64,000 bases of DNA. Origin: Callorhinchus milii (lineage: Eukaryota). Within the stretch, counting starts at the first letter, position 1. The number at the start of each line of letters is the position of its first letter. Below, piece by piece: positions 12,196 to 23,918 of this stretch. The notes beneath the pieces are model-generated. The model did no database searches and was not told where the DNA came from. It saw only the letters and a program-made list of their open reading frames with translations. The stretch lies in the NCBI RefSeq assembly GCF_018977255.1, contig NW_024704743.1, forward strand, positions 78,618,001 to 78,682,000, written 5' to 3'. The translations under genes and the position numbers were made by a program.

Positions 12196-12439
12196 TAGGA
12201 GAAATCTCAGCCTGTGATCCAGAAATATATTAGTACATCTGAGAGATAAATTCCTACCTGTTACAATTCCTACCTGTAGGGTTTGATTTCCAATCAATGT
12301 GTACATTGCATTGCATTTAACATGCCAGATGTATCTAATTAATGTGTGCCAAAACATTGAATATGGCTCAATGTATAATAGACTTATGTTTCTGTCTTTT
12401 TTTAAAAAAAGTTTAATTAATATTTTCAATTGTGGATAG

Positions 12440-12553
12440 GTTCCTGAGGCATATCTGGATTACTGGCATCCATCTGAGAAGGCGATGTATCCCGATTACT
12501 TTGCCAAGCGAGAGCAGTGGAAACAGTTGCGTCTCCAGAGCTGGGACAGAGAG
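12440..12553 (+). CDS. NDUFB9: NDUFB9 exon 3
   Basis: [38 protein letters not shown]; 114 nt, phase 0-0. Confidence 0.97.
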
Positions 12554-12982
12554 GTACAGACGCACTTATTGCATTGTTCTATGTATGACTTCTATGTTAC
12601 GGTGTCACAAAGTGATTGACCTAGTTACATGAAGTACTTTTCTATTAATTTGCAGAATTTATTAAAAAATGGTCTTCAGACATTACATGTTGGCACATTG
12701 AGCACCAAAATCCAATGCATTGCTAACCTCAAAGACTGCAGTAGTTTCATGTAATTCTACCAGCACTTAAGTTCATGTAAATAAACATCCACAACTTATA
12801 CATGTTATTCAGGGATAGCTTTTAAAATCTGCTTTGTGACTTTTTTGTTTCACTTAAGCTAATACTTGCCACATATCCTGCCCCTTTTAAATAAACATTT
12901 TTGACGATGCTTTCGTACCTGATGTACCTTTACCAACAGCAAAATTTCTGTTTCTTTGATTGCCTGATTTTGATGTGATGCA

Positions 12983-14076
12983 GTGTCCCTCAGGGCTCTG
13001 TCCTCGATCCCCTCCTCTTCACCCTCTATATGCTCCCCCTTGGTGACATCATCCGCAGACATGGAGTTAACTTCCACATGTATGCGGATGATACCCAACT
13101 CTACCTTTCCTCTTCTACTCTCAACTCCACGACCACCGATGTCCTGACAGCTGCCTGTCCGACATCGAGTCCTGGACGAAAGACAACTTTCTTCAGCTCA
13201 ATGTGCGTAAAACTGAGGCCCTCCTGATTGGCTCTCGTCAGCACCTCCGCACCTCAGGCGCTGACAGCATCAGCATCCAAGGCTGCACTCTCCACCTCTC
13301 AAAGCCAGTCAGGAACCTCGGCGTTTTGTTCGACCCTGAGCTGTCCTTTCTCCCTCACATCCGCACCACAACTGGCACCGCCTTCCATCACCTCCGGAAC
13401 ATCGCCAGACTACGGCACTACCTCACCCCTCACGCTGCTGAAACTCTGGTCCACGCTTTTATCACCTCAAGGCTGGACTATGGGAACTCTCTCCTCGCCG
13501 GCCTTCCCGCCACCTCCCTCCACAAGCTGCAGGTCATTCAGAACTCTGCAGCTCGTGTACTGTCCCGCACCAGGCTTCGGGACCACATCACTCCCACCCT
13601 CGCTCGCCTCCACTGGCTCCCCATCCCCAGAGGATCGAATTCAAGATCCTCATCCTCACCTACAAGGCCATTCACGGCCTTGCTCCCTCCTACCTCTCTG
13701 ATCTACTATCCCCCTACCTACCTGCCCGTACCCTCTGTTCCTCTGGCTCCGGTCTGCTGCACATCCCCCGCCCCAACCGCCCTACCATCGGCGGCCGGGC
13801 CTTCAGCCTCTTAGCCCCGAGGCTCTGGAACTCTATCCCCCAGTGCCTTCGCCGCTTCCTCCCTCTCCTCCTTCAAGGCCGGTCTCAAGACCTTTCTCTT
13901 TGACCGAACCTTCAGCTCCCCTCTCAACTCTCTAACCCCTCCTCGACCCCTCCCTTCCCTCCCTTCACCCTGACCATTTCCCCCCTGCTCGGGTCCTGAC
14001 CCAACCGTCCAGCGCTTTGGGACATCCTCCCGACGTGAAAGGCGCTCTATAAATGGAATCTTGTTGTTGTTGTTGT
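12983..14076 (+). mobile_element. 5'-truncated L2-clade LINE (RT domain to 3' tail), frameshifted, in NDUFB9 intron 3
   Basis: VPQGSVL and [10 protein letters not shown] motifs, SRLDYGNSLLAGLP, LHWLP; ends in (TTG)n. Confidence 0.92.
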
Positions 14077-14548
14077 GGTAGTACATTCTGATCACACTGC
14101 AGTGTGAGCTATTTGATCACAGTAAAGCAACATCCAATTTTTGCTGTCTCTCAAATACTTGGGCATTGCTACTGAAATCTGATAAGAGTGTTTTCAGGAC
14201 TGCTGTTTTCTCCACCAGGTCAGAGACCTGTGTCCACCTTATTTCCGGACTGTCACCAGTGCCTTCTTAGCGAGCTGCTAGAAGGTGCACTGGAGTCGAA
14301 GAATCGAGTTCTCCCCATTCAGAAATGTTCTCCCTGGTGTGCACAGTGTGAGGGATTAGACTGTGTTACTCTGGTATATGGCACAATACATCTATGAATG
14401 TCTCTCATTTCAGAGGCTATTTTGATTGGGGTAAAATCTGTGTTTGTGTGCATGTATATTTGTGTTTGTGGTCTAAAGTAGAATGTCTTTTTATGGGGTC
14501 TGGTTATTGGATATCTGGAACTTTTGATTAATTTCCTCTGTTGTATAG

Positions 14549-14677
14549 GTGTTGCAGCTCCAAAAAGAGATAGCCGATAACCCAAAGAGTGAGGCCCTAC
14601 CCCCAGCTCGGAGGGAAGAGGATCTGCCCCCATTGTGGTGGAACATTGTCACTCGACCCCGTGAAAATCCGACATGA
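14549..14677 (+). CDS. NDUFB9: NDUFB9 exon 4 (terminal)
   Basis: [42 protein letters not shown]; total CDS 522 nt = 173 aa. Confidence 0.96.
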   Translation: MLQLQKEIADNPKSEALPPARREEDLPPLWWNIVTRPRENPT

Positions 14678-14819
14678 AGACTCACACCAGTACAGGTGGA
14701 AGGAAACGGGGAGACAGCATTGCCAACTGTAAACTATTTATCTGTAGAGTCCTTATCTGGCTCTGGTTTCCTTGATAAGTGGAAGAACTGAACCCTCTCT
14801 GAAGCATTTCTCTAAATTC

Positions 14820-14825
14820 AATAAA
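14820..14825 (+). terminator. Likely NDUFB9 polyadenylation signal
   Basis: First AATAAA after the stop codon, followed by T-rich sequence. Confidence 0.65.
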
Positions 14826-15064
14826 CATCAAAAATTAAATTGTTTCAATCTTCTTTATACTGGACAACAAAGAACTGCTATAGACTGGATGCAACCAATT
14901 TGGCAAGAAATGGAACGCTAGTTTTATGACCAAATTAACCAGTCATTCACCTCATAGCTGCTTGCGACTTTGTGTGCAAAAAGATTGCCACGCAGGTTGG
15001 GGATTCTCAAAGGATAAGATTGTCTAAGAATTCTTCATCCAAACCTCGTTTGATAATTATATAA

Positions 15065-15428
15065 AAATAATTCTGTAATTTGAAGTAGCACCTGTCACAT
15101 TGGAAGGTTGTATTTTGTAGATGAACTCGCTGCCAATTTGTTCACAGCAATCAGCCATGGAGTGAGTGACCAATTTTGTTTGGGTTGGACACAGGGAGAA
15201 ACTCCCTTCTCTTTTTGAATAGTGCCATGGGATCTTTAATGTGTCCACCTGAACAGGCAGATTGTACCTCGGTTTAACATCTCATCTGAAGGATGCACCT
15301 CAGTCAATATAACTTACCCCCAGCACCTCATTGGAATGTCAGTTTAGACTATGTCAGTTCAAGCTCCTTATGGGGCCCACAACCTTCTGACTTGGAGGTG
15401 AGAGTGCTACCAACTGAGTCAGGCTGAT
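15065..15428 (-). mobile_element. Old Deu-type SINE
   Basis: Reverse complement matches the family at 60478-60893. Confidence 0.65.
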
Positions 15429-16197
15429 GAACTATGATTGGTATATTAGTGTTGTAATTCATGTCATGTAAGTACAGAAGGGACTTGTGTCTATTGCACC
15501 CAGGTTTAAACTGCTCAAATGTAATTTAGCTTGGGATCCTCTGCAGTACTTTGATATTCAATTCTCTTGGTTACATTCTGAACCAAGATCTTGGGAGATG
15601 AAATGGCTTCCAGTTTGCTGCAGCACATTTGTTCATGCATTTAACGTTTTGAATTTAGAGAGCTGAATTGATTTTTCAGAGGCTTTCTTTTCTCAAATAT
15701 TCTTTGAAATTGTAATAGACAAGGAGGAAGTCCATTGTAGAGGTGTTTATAAACATTGTCCACTGTGTTGGAAGTTGGCAGTGGCAGATTCTATTCTCAT
15801 CTATTGCCAGCTTCTAATAAATCCCTTTTCATTTCTGGATATATTGACACAATTGAGCTCAATCACTTAGTTGTTTTAAAGTGGTGTTTTCACCAATAAT
15901 ATACTTACAATCCATAAAGGGATTCTCAAATATAATACTAATATGCCACTGTATGACATTTGGGCACACTCAGTAACGCACCACAATTACTTTATAAAGG
16001 GAGCTGTAACCCATAAATAACATGCAGCTAAGATTATCTTTAAAGATTCAAAGCAAGTGTGGGAATGAGTCTCAAGATTTTCAGCAGTAAGATTGGTTAT
16101 ATTAAAGCAACATTTTATATATGTATGTTTACATACCGTAATACATAAGTAGAATATGGTAATGTTTTAAGTCCTGATTCCAAATTGATATAGGTAT

Positions 16198-16422
16198 ACT
16201 CCACACGCCTAATAATAATCCCTCCAAAAATGAAACAATAATAAATTGGTCATTTTCAATCCACTACTGTTTGTGGGACACTGCTGTGCGCAACTGGCTG
16301 CCGTGTTTCGCCCACAAATATACGGTCAATTCACTTTACAGTCTATTCTGTGAAGCGCTTTGAGACGTCGAGAAGAGGTGAAAAGCGCTATATCAAATGC
16401 AAGGATTATTATTATTTTATTA
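16198..16422 (+). mobile_element. 5'-truncated young-type SINE
   Basis: Matches the body and tail of the 5762-6088 SINE. Confidence 0.8.
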
Positions 16423-17284
16423 TAGCTACCGACAAACAGTTGGGGGAGTGCAAATCGAACATTTTTTTTAACAGAATGCCCAGGGAAAGTCTGAATAACA
16501 AATCCCTGACAGTTAGTGATTTTAATCGTAGTTCAGAGCTCCGTCTACAGCAAAATGAATAATAATGTGCAGTCCAGTTATAGTTAATGAGAACCTGAGG
16601 AAGTGTGGGAATGAGTTCAAAAGCTCAAGTGATATTCCAGGATTGTTCACATAACGCAATGGATTTGCAAAACCATTGTATGGCCCGATACTGCAACTGC
16701 CGTATAATACAATTGCATGTAGGCAAATCGAAACCCGCTCATTCTCTCCCTCTAATTCAAGGCCTATCCCACCACTTAACCTTGTTGACTCCGCTTTTGC
16801 TTATCATTCCCCTCACAGACCTTTCAGCTTCCATCAGCTTGGATGTCCAGCCAGCAATGTCAGAGACTTTAAGACAAATTCCCAAAGTGAAATGCACAGT
16901 ATAAGTTTAAATTGTATTGCTGTCTGTTGTGCTGAAATAGCCTTCTGTGCCACAAACTAATCACCTTCAGATATTTACTAATTTAAAGAGGGAGTCTATC
17001 AGAACCACCTTTAAAATATGAATTAACAGTGGCCTTTAACATTTTTGTTATAAAAATGATGCTGAAACACACATCGAGGAATAGCTTGGAGGAACAAATG
17101 AATCTTATGGTTTGAAGGAATTGATTTAAAATATATAAAACTGGAGTGTCAAAGATTAATGAAAGCAGGTATAAAATGAATCTTATTTATGACATACATA
17201 AACTGAATATAAATGTATATCAATAGTGTTGATTACAGAGGTACTTTGGAATAGGCTCTGCAATGTCCTAAGAGCTGCAATATC

Positions 17285-17575
17285 CGCCCGACCTGCCCTA
17301 CCATTGGTGGCCGGGCTTCAGCCTCTCTGCCCCCACACTCGAACTCCATCCCATGGCCCCTTCACCTCGCTTCCTCCCTCGCATCCTTCAAGTTCGGTCT
17401 CAAGACCCTTCTCTTCGACCGTGCCTTTGGTCTCCCTCCCACCTCTCTGCCTTCCCTCACCCCTACACCACCCCTCCCCCATGCTCGGGCCCCGACACCT
17501 AACTGTCCAGCGCTTTGGAATGTCCTCTTGATGTGAAAGGCGCTCTATAAATGTAATTTTGTGGTTGTTGTGGCT
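17285..17575 (+). mobile_element. L2 3'-end fragment
   Basis: Matches 13770-14076. Confidence 0.8.
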
Positions 17576-17939
17576 GTTCATTCTGTGGAATGTGCTAAAT
17601 TTATAGCATCCATTATTGGTAGATTAGCAGTCCCAGTGCTTACTACCCTTCAAAGTAGACCAGTATTTTTGCTCTGACATTTTTAATGTAAGAAACTACT
17701 GGATCAATTGCATTTATAATTATTTTATTATACACAGATCCAGTTACAGGAACCTGGCTGAGAATGATAAAACTGAACACCAGGTGGCAGATTTGACTGG
17801 CAGATACCTTGAGATTCAGAATTTGCAGTCAGTGGTTTGCAAACAGGTACTCAGGTTGATAACACAGTATCTACAATCTATTTTCGGGACATTCTACAGT
17901 AGTCTCACATCAGTGTATCAGCTTTCGTCATTTACTATA

Positions 17940-18282
17940 TTGCTAGATTATATAATGAACTTCAGAATGCGCAACTCATAAAAGGATAGACATCACAGAG
18001 TTTTGATTGAGTCAATAAGGAGAAATTATTTCCACTGATCAGTGAGTTAGTGACTGAAAGGATTCAATTTAAGAGTTAGCAAATCAACGAATCGGGAGAT
18101 TAGGAGGTTTTTTTTCATGCACAGAAAAGTTAACAGACAGAATCCATTTTAGCTTTCAAAGGGGGCGAGATAGATACCCAAAAGGAGTAAGGGTATGAGA
18201 GGGGAAAGGGCAGGTAAATGGAACTGAAATGATTGCTCTTAAAAGGGCGAGCACAGACACGATGGGCCAAATGACTGACTTC
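17940..18282 (+). mobile_element. Old CR1 3' fragment
   Basis: Degenerate similarity to the CR1 3' end; ends GATGGGCCAAATG-type tail. Confidence 0.5.
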
Positions 18283-18797
18283 CATGGAGTTCTGTAGCTC
18301 AGTGGTCCTCAAGCGAGAGGAGCTGAGTTTGATTCCCAGCAGGACAAAATGTTTTTAAGAAACCTCAATTTTAAAATTAATGCAAACTGTATGAATGCAT
18401 TTTCCAATATTACATTCTTGATAAAAAGGGGAAAATTAAGTCCTTGTGGGAATAAAATAACTTGTTCATAAACACCCTTAAATATGACCCCATTTACAGA
18501 GAGCTGACAAGCCTTAGGAGGTGCAAATTGAAGTCTGCATCTGTCTGCAGATAGACAGTCCCTAAACACTACAGATAAAACTCTGTGATACACTTTGAGA
18601 AGTTTTGACATGATAAAGCACTGTACCAAATCCAAGAATTACTACCTTACCTTAGTGGACCACAAACATATCAGATTGTACATGACTGTACATAAATAGT
18701 GTTTATTCCTCAGTACTGATATCCCTTACTTTCATGCATAAAGATGAAACATGGAGTTACATTCTGACATTTCATAATTTCATATCCTCCATATTAT

Positions 18798-19463
18798 GAA
18801 GTCCTGTAGCTCAGTGGTTAGAGCACTTGCCTCACAAGCGAGAGACCTGGGTTCGATTCCCAGCAGGGTGAAACCTTGGGCAAGTTTCCTTATTCCACAC
18901 ACCTCTGTGTACCTAGCGGTAAGTAGGAACCCGGTTAATAATAATAATAATAATCCTTGCATTTGATATAGGGCTTTTCCACGTCGGGAGGACGTCCCAA
19001 AGCGCTTCACAGAACACACTGTAAAGTGAATTGACTGTATTTGTGGGCGAACGCGGCAGCCAATTGCGCACAGCAATGTCCCACAAATAGTCGTCGATTG
19101 AAAATGACCAATTTATTATTGTTTTGGGGTTTTGGAGGGATTATTATTAGGCTCTGTGTGGAGTAAGGAAACTTGCCCAAGGTTTCGCCCTCTGCCTGGA
19201 ATTGAACTCAGGTCTCTCACTTGCAAAGCGAGTGCTCTAACCACTGAGCTACAGGACTCGGTTGTTAAATCGACTAGCGGATCACTTAAAATAAATAATA
19301 ATAATTTGGTCACTCAATCCACAACTGTTTATGGGACATTGGCTGTGGCATTTCACCCACAAAATATACAGTACATTCATTTTACAGTATATTCTGTGAA
19401 GCGCTTTGAGGCATCTCAAAGGCGTGATAAAGTGCTATATCAAGTGCAAGGATTATTATTATT
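18798..19463 (+). mobile_element. Older tRNA-headed SINE, split by a nested insertion
   Basis: Head 18798-18936 and remainder 19260-19463 join to match the uninterrupted copy at 9040-9248. Confidence 0.75.
18937..19259 (-). mobile_element. Full-length young SINE nested in the older SINE
   Basis: Near-identical to 35364-35687; GGTT on both flanks. Confidence 0.9.
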
Positions 19464-20914
19464 AAATCTCTATGGATTCTATAAGAGCACCATACAGCTT
19501 TCCTCAGTTAGCACTTAGAACTGTTATCGGTTCTACATGTTGTATAATGCAATATAAAGGTAGTTACTGGGAACTTCAGTTGCAGTTCTAATTTTAGTCA
19601 CAACAGGTCGCAAACCCAACAAAGCTTTCGTTCATTTACTAAATCACTTTTTCTGATATTTACATATGCTTTCCTCTATTTGATGAAATAGTCTCCAATT
19701 ATCGATATGTACTGCGTCAATTAATGTTCAATTCCTAGAGGTAATTGCACTGTCTTTTGTAATTTTTTCAGTTTTTCATCTGAATAGCAAAGCTGGACTT
19801 TCTTTTGGATACATGACTCAATGGGATAATTGCAAGGGGCGGCGGGGTTGGGGGGGGTGGGTTGGGAGGAGGAGAAAAATCTTAGTGCACATGTCAATTT
19901 TCAGTAAGCAAAATATTGCCTAGATTTGCAATGTCCCTGAAAGTAGAGATTGGCATTACATTTCCTTGTAGTTAATTGCTATATATTTAAGGTAGTTAAT
20001 TGGCTGCCGCGTTTTGCCCATAAAATATGCAGTCAATACACTTTACAGTATATTCTGTGAAGCACTTTGAGATGTCTTAATGAAATGATAAGGCCCTATA
20101 TCAAATGCAAGATTTTTTTATTATTATTACGTAAACTAAGCATCACCAAAGAGAGAGACTTAATAACATAGACCACATGATATAAAAGTCCTTTTTCTAT
20201 TGGCTGCATCACAACAGAAGGAGCTAGAAATCTAAAGCAATACATCATGTACTGACAATTTCAAGGGCAAACTCTTTCTCCCACAGAATACCAACACTGG
20301 AGAATTGACCTACAAAATGCTCAGTTATTCGAAACATCCAGAAACCTTAAGTGGAAAGAAATCTTGTGCAGATGAGACTGGGCTAACGTTTTATTTTAAA
20401 ACGTTAAAATAAAAACAAAAATGACTAAAGCAAAAGCAGGTTTTATGTCAAGAACAAACTAGTTCGGATATTAAGAATCTATTGCTAGAATTTGCTGACT
20501 GGTGATGCCCCAATGTGAGCATCAATTAATGGTGCTCAGGAAGGTGTTTATCGGTTGATACTGTATTTAGCCATCTGAAAGACTTTAGGGAAGTATGATA
20601 TGCTATCCTAGGTAGTGTGGCGTGGGAAGATCAATAAGTCTTGATGTAATGTGCTTCCTAAATTCAGTCTCCCTAGTTACACATCACAGGAATCAAATGA
20701 AGCCCAGGTCCCATTTGATCTCATCCTTCTTCAGAATACCCACGTATCGTCCTTCCATTGCAGCATTGAGTGGTTTCTTAAATGAGTCCAGGGTCTTTTA
20801 GTACAATAGCCTGTTCTTCAGCCTGTTGCTGGATTTCATTTGCCAGTGTAAAATTCATTTGCAGTTTTTCTAAATCAGCCAGTCATTAACGCTGAAATTC
20901 TTTCTCTGAAAGTG

Positions 20915-21220
20915 AATAATAATGCTTGCATTTGATATAGCACCTATAATATCACAATGTCTCAAGGCAGAGGTCATTGTGGAGCAAACACAGCATCTAA
21001 TTTGGAGACTGTAATCAGTAATTAAGTAAGTGGCCAATTTATCTGGGGAATTGTTGGCCAGGACATCAGGAGAGACTCCCTTCTCTCTTTTTGAATAATG
21101 CCATGGTCCTTTATTGTCCACCCATACAGGCAGACAGGACCTCAGTTTAATGTCTCATCTGAAGGATGGCAATTCTGACAATGCAGTGCTCCCCAATATT
21201 GTATCAGAGAGTCAGCCTCA
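20915..21220 (-). mobile_element. Old Deu-type SINE
   Basis: Similar to 15065-15428. Confidence 0.6.
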
Positions 21221-22671
21221 AACACAAACTGCTCATTTGCTAATGTTCTCATACTTCTACTCTAGGAGAACAGAGCAACAAATAATGTGATAATGAAAAG
21301 CCAGCTTCCTTAACCAACAAATTCAGATAGAAATTGCTGCTGCTTAGAGCCCGGTCTTCTTCTACAGTATTATAATAGATTTATTTTGTCTTTCTATTTC
21401 TCTGAGAAAATCCAGACAGCAGTGCACTCAGAACACAGTTGGAAGCAGAGCCACTTTGGATAATTTGTAGGAACATCATCAATTTCAAACTGCAATTCTG
21501 GAATTGAATATTTCAAAACGTTCTAAACATGTTGTTTCAAAAAGCCTTTTGCTATCAGTCGTGGCAATTTACACCAATTCTCACATATTGTATTTTTTTT
21601 TAATTTACTTTCATCTATGTTATATAAATCTAGATCCATTTTCATTGCTTTTGCCCATCACTAATACAATACCATTTTCCGAAAGAGATGGAGCTATTGA
21701 TAGCCGACACTATATCATACTGTAATGGTCAAATTGTTAGACCAGGAGGTATTGAAGAAAGGCTTTCATAACAATAATAAGCCCTTGAGACGTTGATAGA
21801 ATTTTGTAAAATGCAGAAAATAATGAAACTAACATGAGAAGGCGTTTCGGCTAAATAAACCCAAAAGGGTATTAGGCAACTACTCCAATCCCAATTCTCT
21901 ATGTTCTCCCTGCAGGTTTTTGAATTCAGCTTCAATGTTTGTCTAATTTTGCTTTAGAATGTTATGGTCTCAGCCTCATCAGTTTAGAGAAAATCTTGCA
22001 TTCTGATTTTTTTTTGTTTCACCATTCCCAATATTTTTTTTACAAAAATCAGATGTTTATTTTTAAAATGACACGTTGTTTCACATTTCAATCATGTTTT
22101 CTTAAGAAATATTTTTTCCAATTGATAACCTTTATCTAATGTCCACAATTTATTTCCTGAATTAAGCAACACTCACCTCTGAATGCTTCTCTACAAATTC
22201 AAAAGATTTGAGCCTGCTGCAATTATCTGTTACAAAGTATTGTTGCACGTACAATTAATGAAGCAGGATTTTATTTTGACAATGGGGAAGGGGACAATCA
22301 AAGCTGTTCAACAAAAATATATGGAGGACTCGTGTCATTTGACTGTGAACTGAGACAACTTGCATTTTTATACATGGTGTCCTTTGTGTCGGATAATGTC
22401 TGAGTCTCGTTTAAGACAGACCAGAAACTGAGCAATGGAGAAAGGACAGGGAGAAGTGGAAGGCAACAATAAATATAGTAGAGGTAGGTTTTTAGGGTGA
22501 ATGAAACTGAAATGGTTTAATTGACTCTACCATGCACATATATTTTGCATATTTACATTTGATAAACAGCTTTGATATGTCCTATTATAGCTGTGTGAAA
22601 GCATAAGAGCTGAAAACCTGCCACTTTGATTGATGTATGCCTTTGCTACCATAGCACGCAGAGAATGCAGT

Positions 22672-23403
22672 CTACTTGTTTATCATCTACAAGCTATGTT
22701 TGCAACCAAAAATCCAATGTGGAATGCAGATTGACACGCAGACACAAACAGACATTTCATCTTTATCTATACTCATCTGGGAGGACTCATTTTGGCCATG
22801 CTGTTCTTTGAGTGGGCAACTCATTTTGGCGTGCTGTGCAGTCGTTTCAGCGTTGAAGTACAGCCGTGCTGTTGTTCTTCAGTTTCATTTAATTGGCCTT
22901 CTCTTTTGTTTAGCATTTTCACTTATTCTTCAAAGGTTTGATTTTCATTTAGGCATCTTTATAATGATACATCTAAATGTATAACTTATAATCACTGGGA
23001 TGTCCTCCAGATGTGAAAGGCGCTTTAAAAATTTAATGTTGTTGTTGTTGCCGCGGCTTAGCTTCGTTCTTTATTTTGTTCCTGCCTCTTGGCTACGTGC
23101 GTGTTCTGTGACACAGGATGCCACAGCGCCACGGTCAGCTGGCGCAGCCACCAGGTGTAACTGCAAAATGCCATGGCACCACTTAGATTCGGCGATCGCC
23201 AGGTGTAACTGCAGCGAAAAACGCAAAACTGAAATACATTTTAGTTCATAACTCATAAATGATAGGAGATACCCAAAAACAAATATGCCCATGTCACTCC
23301 CATGTTCAAGACCCGTGTGATGATGTATAAATCATCTCTCTATAAGATCCTTCTTGAAGCGCACAGACAGACAGCCATTGTTGGTTTATTAGTATATATA
23401 AGA
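22672..23403 (-). mobile_element. Non-autonomous Helitron-like element, copy 3
   Basis: Minus strand starts A|TCTTATATATACTAATAAA; extensive homology to copies 1 and 2; 3' end degenerate. Confidence 0.65.
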
Positions 23404-23912
23404 TTACTTCCAAAGATACAGCAGGTCACAGCCAATCATAACAATTCATCTGAATTAATGTGTTGCACTGTTAATGTGTGAAACTAGAAAAATGGTCTCA
23501 GGATTAATTAAGTAAACACAAAATATTTTTGAACTTCTTAGGAGGTTGGCATTGTACGATGGCAATGCTGGTTCTTGGGCAAGAACTAACGCAAACTAAA
23601 TTTAATTTCTCAAAGCAGAAATGTCTCAGTCATTGCTACTTGTACAGGTCCAACCGGTACAACACTTTCCATTGGGGCTTTGACTTGCATTTTCTTTGGT
23701 CAGCTGGGTGTCTGACATATGCAGAAACCCATCACCATGTTTAAAAGCATCCAAACCAAGCTGAGATTTCCATGCATATTTCCACCTACACATGAAAATC
23801 CGTGAGATCAAGGATAAGTGTGTCCTGCATTACGGTCAACCGACCTTATCATACACAAATATGTGTATACTCCATCACAAAACAATAAAACAAGACTGAT
23901 TTTTCACATTTC

Positions 23913-23918
23913 TTTAAT
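23913..23918 (-). terminator. Candidate distal MTSS1 polyadenylation signal (ATTAAA), implying a 3' UTR of about 2.7 kb
   Basis: ATTAAA on the minus strand followed by U/GU-rich sequence; other candidates at about 24160 and 24253. Confidence 0.4.

Noticed and set aside
13030..13814. Long ORFs (65, 203 and 157 aa)
   Set aside because: Frameshifted pieces of a 5'-truncated L2 ORF2 and its alternative frame, not a host gene
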